Source: Caldisericota bacterium (GTDB lineage: Bacteria > Caldisericota > Caldisericia > UBA6126 > JAGPKI01). Taken from it: DNA of 60,537 nucleotides. The stretch covers positions 1 to 60,537 of the forward strand of contig JBPOJC010000013.1 in the NCBI GenBank assembly GCA_052034135.1. Direction: 5' to 3'. The notes under the pieces are model-generated. The model saw only the letters and a list, made by a program, of their open reading frames with translations, was not told the DNA's origin and did no database searches. The translations under genes were made by a program, and so were the position numbers. Below, piece by piece: positions 46,053 to 54,483 of the stretch (positions are counted from its first letter, which is position 1; every line of letters starts with the position of its first letter).

Positions 46053-47229
46053 AAAAATAATTCCAATTGGACCGTTTCATCCACTTCAGGAAGAACCAGA
46101 GTTTTTTAAATTGGCCGTTGATGGAGAGCGAGTAAAGGATATTGAAATTGATATAGGATACAACCATAGAGGAATAGAAAAACTTGCCGAAGGGAAGACT
46201 TATGACCAGATTGCATTCCTCGTTGAAAGAATATGCGGAATATGCTCAACAAGCCATCCTTTAGCTTTTGTTCAGGCAGTGGAAGATGCAGGTAAAATTG
46301 AAGTTCCACCGAGAGCTTTATACATAAGATCTATAATAGCTGAACTTGAAAGAATTCACAGTCATCTTTTATGGCTTGGACTTGCAGGGCATTTCCTTGG
46401 TTATAATACTCTTTTTATGTGGTCATGGAAATATCGTGAAATTATCCTTGATGTATTTGAAGAAATAACAGGTAATCGTAATAATTATGCTATGATGAAG
46501 GTTGGTGGCGTACGCAGAGACATAACAGATGAAGGAAGAGATTTTATATTAGATAGCTTAAAAAAACTATTACCAGCTGTAGATATGTTTAAAGGAGCTG
46601 CTCTTGATGATCCTGTGCTTCACGCAAGACTTAAAGGAGTTGGCATTTTAACGAAAGAAGATATTAAGAATTATAACGCATTGGGTCCTACTGCAAGAGC
46701 AAGCGGAGTACCAATTGATGTAAGAAAAGATGAGCCCTATGCGGCCTACGATAAAGTATCCTGGAATATTATTACAACTGAAAACGGTGACGTCTTCGAT
46801 AAAGCAGTTGTTAGAATTTTAGAGATGTATGAATCAGCAAAAATTATTACTCAATGCTTGGAGTCATTACCAGAAGGAGAAATTGATTCCAAGCCAACCG
46901 AAGTTAAGCCAGGTTATGGAATTGGTCACGTTGAAGCTCCAAGAGGAGAATGTTTCCACTTCATTATAAGTGATGGCACAAATAGTCCAATACGACATAA
47001 AATTAGAGCTCCAAGTTATATGAATGTTCCAACAAACAAGAAAGCGGTTATTGGGGAAACTGTTGCCGACGCCACTATAATTCTTGCGGCAGTTGATCCA
47101 TGCTATTGTTGCACGGAAAGAATGGCTGTAATTGACGCAAAAAGTAACAAACAAATTGGAGATGCAAATTATCTACTAACGCTATCGAGAGAGAAAACAA
47201 AGAAATTAGAAAAGGAGCTAAAAAGGTGA
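46045..47229 (+). CDS. group 4 [NiFe] hydrogenase large (catalytic) subunit, NuoD/HycE/MbhL-like
   Basis: N-terminal Ni-Fe ligands ERICGICSTSH and C-terminal ligands DPCYCCTER, followed by a 37-aa extension (MAVIDAK...) as in protease-processed HycE-type subunits. Start placed at the ATG at 46045 (MYEKIIPIGPFHP). Confidence 0.9.
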   Translation: MYEKIIPIGPFHPLQEEPEFFKLAVDGERVKDIEIDIGYNHRGIEKLAEGKTYDQIAFLVERICGICSTSHPLAFVQAVEDAGKIEVPPRALYIRSIIAELERIHSHLLWLGLAGHFLGYNTLFMWSWKYREIILDVFEEITGNRNNYAMMKVGGVRRDITDEGRDFILDSLKKLLPAVDMFKGAALDDPVLHARLKGVGILTKEDIKNYNALGPTARASGVPIDVRKDEPYAAYDKVSWNIITTENGDVFDKAVVRILEMYESAKIITQCLESLPEGEIDSKPTEVKPGYGIGHVEAPRGECFHFIISDGTNSPIRHKIRAPSYMNVPTNKKAVIGETVADATIILAAVDPCYCCTERMAVIDAKSNKQIGDANYLLTLSREKTKKLEKELKR

Positions 47230-49034
47230 AATTTTTAATTGATAATTGGATTTACATTATCATTCTTCTGCCTATAATTGCCGGATTCCTTAATATTATT
47301 TTATTCAGAAGATTCTTAACTCTAATAAAAGTAATATCTTTCATCATAACGCTATTTATTCTAATTTTATTTATTCTTCCTTTATTTTACGGATACGTTG
47401 AGCAATTTCCTAATTTTAATATTGATAACTTATCGATGTTAACCTCATTCTGGGTCTGTTTTTTTAGTTTTCTGATTCTACTCTATTCTATAGGATATGT
47501 AAAAGACTCTAAAATAATTCCAGCTTACTTTGGATATTATCTTATAACGCTTGGTGCTTCTCTGGGAGCGTTAATGAGCAATAATATTATCTTATTTATT
47601 GTCTTTTGGGGTTTCTTGGGGCTTACACTTTATTTAATGGTACTTCTATCTGGGGAAAAAAGTAAAGTTTCAGCCAAAAAAGCATTCATTATTGTTGGTG
47701 GCTCTGATATGCTAATGATTTTAGGGCTAATTATGTGCTTTTTTATAACTGATAGTAAATTTATGCTTAATATGTCCATACCAATAACTAATAACTATGC
47801 CTTATTAGCTTTTATATTTATAACTATTGGAGCATTTGCAAAAGCAGGAGCAATGCCTTTCCACTCATGGATTCCTGATGTCGCGGAGGATGCACCTACC
47901 CCTGTTACTGCTTATCTTCCAGCCTCCCTTGATAAGATTTTAGGAATTTACCTTCTTTCAAGAACTGCACTAACAATATTTGAACTAAACAAATTTTCTA
48001 TGAATCTTTTAATGATTTTTGGTAGTATAACAATAATATTTGCAGTTATGATGGCTTTAATACAGCATGATATGAAAAGGTTACTCGGTTATCACGCTGT
48101 CTCTCAAGTAGGATATATGGTTTTGGGTATAGGCACAGGTATTCCAGTAGGCATAGCAGGTGGACTTTTCCATATGATAAACAATGCTAACTATAAATCT
48201 TTACTCTTTCTTACAAGTGGATCAGTCGAAAAACAGTGTAAAACTACAGATCTGGATAAATTAGGTGGATTAGCTAAATTTATGCCTTATACATTTTTTG
48301 CTGCTTTAATTGCATCTTTATCAATTTCTGGAGTACCACCTCTTAATGGATTTTTCAGCAAATGGATGGTTTACCAAGGAGTAATCGAAACTGCAAAAAC
48401 TGTTTCTCCAAATTTATGGATATTTTATCTTGCAGCTGCAATGTTTGGTAGTGTATTAACTCTTGCAAGTTTTGTGAAGTTATTACATGCTACATATCTT
48501 GGGAAACCATCTCAAAATACTGTAAATGTTAAAGAAGTTAACAAATGGATGATAGTGCCAGCAATTGTAATTGCTTTTACTTGTATATTTCTTGGATTAT
48601 TCTCAACAAAACTTTTTATTCCTCTATTCTTTTCTAATATGCTCCCAGAGATAAAATTAGCTTCAACTTTTACTTCTGACCTTGCAGGCATTGTCTTAAT
48701 TGGAAGTATTATGGTTGGGCTTATTGTATATATTCTTTTAAACAAGAATAAATTTAGGTATGATACAACCTACATAGGCGGAAATGAATTAAAGACAAAT
48801 GAGCGTATTCCAGGAACAGACTTTTATAACACAATAAAAGAAATGAAACCTTTGAATTATATCTATCATGCCGCTGAGAAAAAATTCTTTGATTTATATG
48901 AAGTTCTAAAGAATTTTACATTTTCTTTATCGAATGGTTTAATGAATTTGCATTCTGGAGTTCTTCCTACATATCTTGGTTGGTATATTTTAGGTATTGT
49001 TCTTTTATTGTACATTTGGTTTGGAGGAAGATAA
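47226..49034 (+). CDS. antiporter-like subunit, NuoL/MrpA-N/MbhH-like
   Basis: 602 aa, polytopic, with HSWIPDVAEDAPTPVTAYL. GTG start overlapping the previous stop. Confidence 0.85.
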   Translation: MKFLIDNWIYIIILLPIIAGFLNIILFRRFLTLIKVISFIITLFILILFILPLFYGYVEQFPNFNIDNLSMLTSFWVCFFSFLILLYSIGYVKDSKIIPAYFGYYLITLGASLGALMSNNIILFIVFWGFLGLTLYLMVLLSGEKSKVSAKKAFIIVGGSDMLMILGLIMCFFITDSKFMLNMSIPITNNYALLAFIFITIGAFAKAGAMPFHSWIPDVAEDAPTPVTAYLPASLDKILGIYLLSRTALTIFELNKFSMNLLMIFGSITIIFAVMMALIQHDMKRLLGYHAVSQVGYMVLGIGTGIPVGIAGGLFHMINNANYKSLLFLTSGSVEKQCKTTDLDKLGGLAKFMPYTFFAALIASLSISGVPPLNGFFSKWMVYQGVIETAKTVSPNLWIFYLAAAMFGSVLTLASFVKLLHATYLGKPSQNTVNVKEVNKWMIVPAIVIAFTCIFLGLFSTKLFIPLFFSNMLPEIKLASTFTSDLAGIVLIGSIMVGLIVYILLNKNKFRYDTTYIGGNELKTNERIPGTDFYNTIKEMKPLNYIYHAAEKKFFDLYEVLKNFTFSLSNGLMNLHSGVLPTYLGWYILGIVLLLYIWFGGR

Positions 49035-49595
49035 ATGATTGAATTTATTCTTTTGCTTCTTCTGATTTTTATGATTGTGGGAGCTCTATTCGTAATAGAG
49101 ATGGACAATCTTCTTTCTACAGCGGTAGTAATGGGAACTATTGGTTTTGGTTTATCGGTTGCATTCCTCTTTCTTGGTGCCCCCGATCTTGCAATCGTTG
49201 AAATTGTAGTTGATGTTATATCTTTGATAATTCTAATTCGTGCAACAATTAATCGCGATATTAAAGAAAAAGCTGAAGAGTCAACTTCTTTGATTTCAAG
49301 AATTCCAATATTAGTTATTGTTGTCATATTTTTTATCTTTACTTACAATGCATTTCAACATTTACCAGCTTTCGGAAATCCATTATTTGCAGGTAATCCT
49401 TTTGCTCCGTCAAATATATATCTTAGAGATGGCTTTAGTAAGACTGGAGCTTCAAATATAGTAGCAGCAATAATCTTAGATTTTAGAGCTTACGATACAT
49501 TAGGTGAGGCTACAGTTCTATTTACTTCAATTATCGGAGCACTTTCAGTATTAAGAATTGTTACGAGAAAAAGAAAGGAAGATAAAGACCAATGA
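49035..49595 (+). CDS. Mrp/Mbh membrane subunit (DUF4040 + MnhB-type domain)
   Basis: 186 aa. The N-terminal half is MbhD-like. The C-terminal NIVAAIILDFRAYDTLGEATVLF is the MnhB signature. Confidence 0.7.
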   Translation: MIEFILLLLLIFMIVGALFVIEMDNLLSTAVVMGTIGFGLSVAFLFLGAPDLAIVEIVVDVISLIILIRATINRDIKEKAEESTSLISRIPILVIVVIFFIFTYNAFQHLPAFGNPLFAGNPFAPSNIYLRDGFSKTGASNIVAAIILDFRAYDTLGEATVLFTSIIGALSVLRIVTRKRKEDKDQ

Positions 49596-50050
49596 AAGGA
49601 ATGACCTTAATAGTAAAAGTTATTGCCGAACTTGTTAAAGATTTCATTATTTTGTTTGGTATTTATATAGTTCTTAATGGTCATTTAAGTCCAGGGGGTG
49701 GATTTGCTGGGGGGGTTATAATTGCAGCTTCATATATTTTGGTTACTCTTGCATTTGGAAGAGAGAGAGCGATGAGAGAGCTTTCTGAAAGAGGAAGTCA
49801 CTTGCTTGATAATTTTGGTGTCTTATTATTTTGGGCAGTTGCAGTATTAGGTTGGCTTATACCAGGGCAGGCATTCTTCAGTAACTTCATTCAAAAGTTT
49901 TTTCCTGGTAAACCCTATCAAATTTTAACTTCAGGTATAATACTTGTCTGCAATATAGCCATAGGTATTAAGGTTGGAGCTTCTCTATTTTCTGTATTTA
50001 CTGCTCTTGCACATTTTGAGCCACCTTTAAAAGGAGATGATGAAGAGTGA
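49592..50050 (+). CDS. MnhB/MrpB-like membrane subunit
   Basis: 152 aa with the NGHLSPGGGFAGGVIIA motif. Confidence 0.7.
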   Translation: MKGMTLIVKVIAELVKDFIILFGIYIVLNGHLSPGGGFAGGVIIAASYILVTLAFGRERAMRELSERGSHLLDNFGVLLFWAVAVLGWLIPGQAFFSNFIQKFFPGKPYQILTSGIILVCNIAIGIKVGASLFSVFTALAHFEPPLKGDDEE

Positions 50051-50394
50051 TTTATTCACTATGTCTTGTTCTTTTTATACTTGGGCTTTACTGTGTTCTT
50101 ACAAAAAAAAATCTCATAAAAATAATTGTAGGGCTTACAATAATGGATAATGCTGTAAATTTATTCTTTGTGCTATTGGGTTATCGTTCAAATGGTACTG
50201 TTCCTATAATTACTAATGATGCAGAGAAAAGTATGATTATGCAGCATTCTGTTGATCCAATTCCTCAAGCCCTTGTTCTAACATCAATTGTTATAAGTTT
50301 AGGAATTCTTGCATTAATGGTTTCACTATCGATAAGGCTCTACGAAAAATATGGAACATTTGACATAACGAAGATAAGGAAGTTAAAAGGATGA
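50047..50394 (+). CDS. MrpC/MnhC/NuoK-like subunit
   Basis: 115 aa, 3 TM, with position and size typical of MrpC. Confidence 0.75.
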   Translation: MIYSLCLVLFILGLYCVLTKKNLIKIIVGLTIMDNAVNLFFVLLGYRSNGTVPIITNDAEKSMIMQHSVDPIPQALVLTSIVISLGILALMVSLSIRLYEKYGTFDITKIRKLKG

Positions 50395-51893
50395 TTGGGA
50401 TTAAATTTCTTCCACTTTTTGTAATTATACCTTTAGGGAGCGCTTTTATTCTCAATATTTTTGAAAGAAAGGTAAAGATTTTTTCAGATCTTTTAGCTTC
50501 TCTTGCAACAGGAGCTTTATTTGTTTTATCTATTTTAATGTTTGGGGTGAGTGGTAACTATTATGTAGGTGGTTGGCCATCTCAATTTGGAATTACATTA
50601 GTCATAGACGGCTTAAGCACATTTATGCTTGTAACTATAAATATGATTGCATTTATGGCTGTTCTCTTCTCAATAAATTATATGGAAAAGTTTACCTTTA
50701 AGTCAAGATATTATTCTCTTTTATTTCTTATGCTTGCAGGTATGAATGGTGTAGCCATAACTGGAGATATATTTAATATGTATGTATTCTTAGAAATTGC
50801 AGCGATTGCATCTTATGCACTTGTCGGATTTGGAGGAAAAGCAGAAGAGCTTGAAGCCTCTTTTAAATATGCTGTAATGGGGACAGTCTCTTCAACTTTG
50901 ATTCTATTGGGTATTGCTTTAATATATTCTCAAACTTCTGCTCTAAATATGGCAGTTATTGGAAGAACCATAAATACTTCTGAAAGCTTAAGTAAACTTG
51001 CTCTTGTATTCCTATTTGCCGGATTTGGACTTAAAGCGGCGGTTGTTCCTTTTCATGCGTGGCTTCCTGACGCACATTCTTCAGCTCCTGCACCTATATC
51101 TGCAATTCTTTCTGGAATTCTTATAAAAACTATAGGTATTTATTTAATAGCAAGAATTGGCTTTAATATCTTTGGTGTTTCTCAAATGTTTCTAAATGTT
51201 ATTTTGATAATTGGGGCTCTATCAGCTATTATTGGTGCTGTTCTTGCCACAGGACAAACTGATTTTAAAAGGCTTCTTGCGTATTCCAGTATAAGTCAAG
51301 TAGGCTACATATTAATTGGAGTTGGATTAGGTACGCCTTTAGGAATAATGGGAGGATTATTTCATTTGCTAAATCATGCCACATTCAAGTCTTTACTCTT
51401 TCTTAATTCTGGTTCTATTGAATATAGTACAGGAGTCCGAGACCTTGAAAAGATGGGTGGATTAAGCAAGTGTATGCCTGTCACAGGAGTAACAAATTTA
51501 ATTGCTTCAATGTCTATTGCTGGGATACCTCCTTTAAATGGTTTCTGGTCAAAACTAATAATATTTATTGCCTGCATCCAAGCCGGTTTTTTGGGCACTG
51601 CTGTAATTGTTGCAGTAATTGCTATACTCACTCTTGCATATTTTCTTAAGGTACAAAAATGTGCTTTTACTGGAGATGTTCCGCCAGAGTTATCCGAAAC
51701 TAAAGAAGCACCATTCTTTATGAAGACATCTATGATTTTCTTAGCTGCGATGTGTATACTTTTAAGCTTAATATTTATTGTTCCATCTCTTAGAGAAACA
51801 GTTTTGCAACCAGCAACAAATGTTTTAACCTCTGGTAGGACTTATATTGATACAGTTCTTAAAGGACAAGGAGGCATAATAGGTGCACCTTAA
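50391..51893 (+). CDS. antiporter-like subunit MrpD/NuoM/N-like
   Basis: 500 aa, polytopic, with HAWLPDAHSSAPAPISAILSG. Confidence 0.85.
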   Translation: MIGIKFLPLFVIIPLGSAFILNIFERKVKIFSDLLASLATGALFVLSILMFGVSGNYYVGGWPSQFGITLVIDGLSTFMLVTINMIAFMAVLFSINYMEKFTFKSRYYSLLFLMLAGMNGVAITGDIFNMYVFLEIAAIASYALVGFGGKAEELEASFKYAVMGTVSSTLILLGIALIYSQTSALNMAVIGRTINTSESLSKLALVFLFAGFGLKAAVVPFHAWLPDAHSSAPAPISAILSGILIKTIGIYLIARIGFNIFGVSQMFLNVILIIGALSAIIGAVLATGQTDFKRLLAYSSISQVGYILIGVGLGTPLGIMGGLFHLLNHATFKSLLFLNSGSIEYSTGVRDLEKMGGLSKCMPVTGVTNLIASMSIAGIPPLNGFWSKLIIFIACIQAGFLGTAVIVAVIAILTLAYFLKVQKCAFTGDVPPELSETKEAPFFMKTSMIFLAAMCILLSLIFIVPSLRETVLQPATNVLTSGRTYIDTVLKGQGGIIGAP

Positions 51894-52407
51894 AAGATAT
51901 TTAGGTATGACTGTTGTAATGTTTATTATATGGCTTTTAATTGCATGGCCCTATGATTTTATAAGCAATGAAATGAACTGGCAAAGCTTCATAATCGGTT
52001 TAGTAATATCAATTTTTGTGGGTGTTGTAACTTCACGAAATTTTGTTTCACCCTTCGTTAACACTGGTAAGTTTAATTTTAAGCGTATATTATGGTTCAT
52101 TTATTATATATTGCTTTTTATGTGGCTTTGCTTAAAGGCAAATTTAGATGTTGCTTACAGAGTACTTCATCCACAGCTACCTATAAATCCTGGAATTGTC
52201 AAAGTTAAAACAAACTTAAAAAGCCCCATTGCAAGAGTTGCTCTTACTAATTCGATTACCCTCACTCCGGGAACATTATCTGTTGATATTACTGATGACG
52301 GATATATCTATATTCATTGGATTTATGTTGCTTCAGAAGATATTGAAGTTGCAACACAAATGATTGTATCTCAATTTGAAAGAATACTTATAAAAATCTT
52401 TGAATAA
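51883..52407 (+). CDS. MrpE/MnhE-like subunit
   Basis: 174 aa with the SITLTPGTLSVD motif. Confidence 0.75.
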   Translation: MHLKRYLGMTVVMFIIWLLIAWPYDFISNEMNWQSFIIGLVISIFVGVVTSRNFVSPFVNTGKFNFKRILWFIYYILLFMWLCLKANLDVAYRVLHPQLPINPGIVKVKTNLKSPIARVALTNSITLTPGTLSVDITDDGYIYIHWIYVASEDIEVATQMIVSQFERILIKIFE

Positions 52408-52421
52408 AAGAGGAGGAAGAA

Positions 52422-52685
52422 ATGATAATTTATGGAATTATTTTCTTTCTTTTAATTATAGCTTGTTTTCTTTGCCTTTATAGAATTGGTGTTGGTCCCA
52501 CTGCGCCTGATAGAAGTGTTGCTATGGATATTCTTGGAATAGTAATAGTATGTTTTTGCGCTATTTTTGGTCTTTACACTGGAAAAGAGTTTTTTTTAGA
52601 CCTCGCCATTGCATGGGCACTTTTAAGCTTTATAGGCAGTATTGCATTAGCTAAATTTTTAGAGGGTAGGAAATATGACGATTAA
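52422..52685 (+). CDS. MrpF/MnhF-like subunit
   Basis: 87 aa with GPTAPDRSVAMDILG. Confidence 0.75.
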   Translation: MIIYGIIFFLLIIACFLCLYRIGVGPTAPDRSVAMDILGIVIVCFCAIFGLYTGKEFFLDLAIAWALLSFIGSIALAKFLEGRKYDD

Positions 52686-53013
52686 TATTATTGCACAAAT
52701 TTTTATCTTCATTGGTCTTGCTTTTGTTTTATTAGGTTGTTTAGGTTTTATAAGATTTCCTGACCTTTATAATAGGCTTCAGGGTGCAACAAAATGCGTT
52801 ACTTTAGGTGCTTGCTCAATAATGATCGGTGTAATTGTTAATTCTGGACTTACTGCTATGTCAGGTAAAGCGTTTATCTGTATGGTTTTTATTGTTCTTA
52901 CTTCACCCACAGGCGCACATGCTCTTGCAAAAGGAGCTTATACTGCAAATGTAAAATTGTGGCACAAAAGTGTTTGTGATAAGTATGCTGAAAAGTTTCA
53001 AAGAAAGGATTAA
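52675..53013 (+). CDS. MrpG/MnhG-like subunit
   Basis: 112 aa with IRFPDLYNRLQGATKCVTLG. Confidence 0.75.
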   Translation: MTINIIAQIFIFIGLAFVLLGCLGFIRFPDLYNRLQGATKCVTLGACSIMIGVIVNSGLTAMSGKAFICMVFIVLTSPTGAHALAKGAYTANVKLWHKSVCDKYAEKFQRKD

Positions 53014-53018
53014 TTAAA

Positions 53019-53633
53019 ATGGCAAAACCAAAGGTTAGAGAGCTTGGAGAAGCATTCAGAGCATTGATTAAGGGTCCTTATACTACTAAATATCCATTCA
53101 AACCTCCTCATATTTCAAAAAACTTTAGAGGAAAACCAGAATTTAATGAGGAAAGTTGTATCGGTTGTGGTGCCTGTACTTTTGTATGTCCTCCATCAGC
53201 TTTATCCTTTTCTGATAAAGAAATTAACAATACATATGTTAGAGAAATAAAGCTCGATCTTTCGAGATGCATATTTTGTGGACAATGTGAGTTAAATTGT
53301 ATTACACAAAATGGCATACATTTAACTCAAGAATTTGATTTATCTTCCTTTAATAGAGATGAACTTCTTAGATACATACAAAAAAAGCTTGTTTTATGTG
53401 AAATTTGTGGAAGCATAATCGCTCCAGAAGATCAAATTAAATGGATAGCTGAAAAAATTGGTTCTGCAGCTTTTTCCAATCCAACTCTAATGCTATCTTA
53501 CCTAAAAGATCTTGGTTTAGTGGATGAAAAAGCCCTAACTGAAGGTGAACCATTTAGGCAGAGGCATTCGAGAATTAGAATTCTTTGTCCTAACTGCAGG
53601 CGTGAAACAACCCTCGAAATATACTATCAATAA
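53019..53633 (+). CDS. 2x[4Fe-4S] subunit, NuoI/HycF/MbhN-like
   Basis: 204 aa with CIGCGACTFVCP and CIFCGQCELNC, plus extra C-terminal CxxC pairs. Confidence 0.8.
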   Translation: MAKPKVRELGEAFRALIKGPYTTKYPFKPPHISKNFRGKPEFNEESCIGCGACTFVCPPSALSFSDKEINNTYVREIKLDLSRCIFCGQCELNCITQNGIHLTQEFDLSSFNRDELLRYIQKKLVLCEICGSIIAPEDQIKWIAEKIGSAAFSNPTLMLSYLKDLGLVDEKALTEGEPFRQRHSRIRILCPNCRRETTLEIYYQ

Positions 53634-54102
53634 TTTAAATAAATTTATAACTATTTTAAAATCATATAAAAAAAGTGAGATTGCTTTTCTTTGCATTGGT
53701 AATCCTATTATGTCTGATGATGGTATAGGATGCTATATTTATAATAGTTTGATATATCAAAAAGATATAAATTTAATAAACGCAGAAAACGTTCCTGAGA
53801 ATTTTATAAAACCCATCATTAATTTAAAACCAAAACTTTTAATAGGAATTGATGCAGTGGAATTTTCTTCACAACCAGGGGAAATAAAACTATTTAATGA
53901 ATACGAGATTCTAAATTATTCCGATTCAACACACTCAATCTCTTTAAAAATGATAATTGACTGTATAAGAGAAAGCTTAGATTTTACGTTTTATCTGGTT
54001 GGTATACAACCCAAAAACATAATGTTAGGCAATGTTTTCAGTGAAGAAGTTCTCAGTTCTGCAAAAATGTTAATTAGATTAATCAAAAGTTTCTATACTT
54101 AA
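53602..54102 (+). CDS. hydrogenase maturation endopeptidase (HycI/HyaD family)
   Basis: FLCIGNPIMSDDGIGCYIY and LVGIQP motifs. Start uncertain: GTG at 53602 or the ORF-track ATG at 53545, both overlapping the upstream gene. Confidence 0.75.
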   Translation: MKQPSKYTINNLNKFITILKSYKKSEIAFLCIGNPIMSDDGIGCYIYNSLIYQKDINLINAENVPENFIKPIINLKPKLLIGIDAVEFSSQPGEIKLFNEYEILNYSDSTHSISLKMIIDCIRESLDFTFYLVGIQPKNIMLGNVFSEEVLSSAKMLIRLIKSFYT

Positions 54103-54426
54103 TAGCACTAACTCATCGCCACCAGTTATTGTTAATTTATCCGAACCACAGGAAGGGCATTTTTCTTTAATGTCCAGTTTGTAATTTTCAATAATACTAC
54201 CACAATCAACGCAGATCATTTTAAATCTTGTCAAGTTTACTTTAAGTTCCGTATTAATGAGCCCAAAATCATTCTTTATTAGATTAAAAAGATATATGAG
54301 GCAATCAGGTTCAATTCCTGTAAGTTCTCCCACATTTACAGAAATTGTCTTAATATTTTCTTTTCCGCCTTTATAAGAATCATTAACAATTTTCATAATA
54401 TTTTCTGCAATGCTTAATTCATGCAT
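54079..54426 (-). CDS. hypA: hydrogenase nickel insertion protein HypA
   Basis: 115 aa with the MHELSIAENI N-terminus and the CVDCG...CPSCG zinc site. Confidence 0.9.
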   Translation of the reverse strand: MHELSIAENIMKIVNDSYKGGKENIKTISVNVGELTGIEPDCLIYLFNLIKNDFGLINTELKVNLTRFKMICVDCGSIIENYKLDIKEKCPSCGSDKLTITGGDELVLLSIETFD

Positions 54427-54483
54427 AATTAATTTAAAACTTTAATTGAATTTTAAGAAATCTTAAGCTATTCTATCACATAA

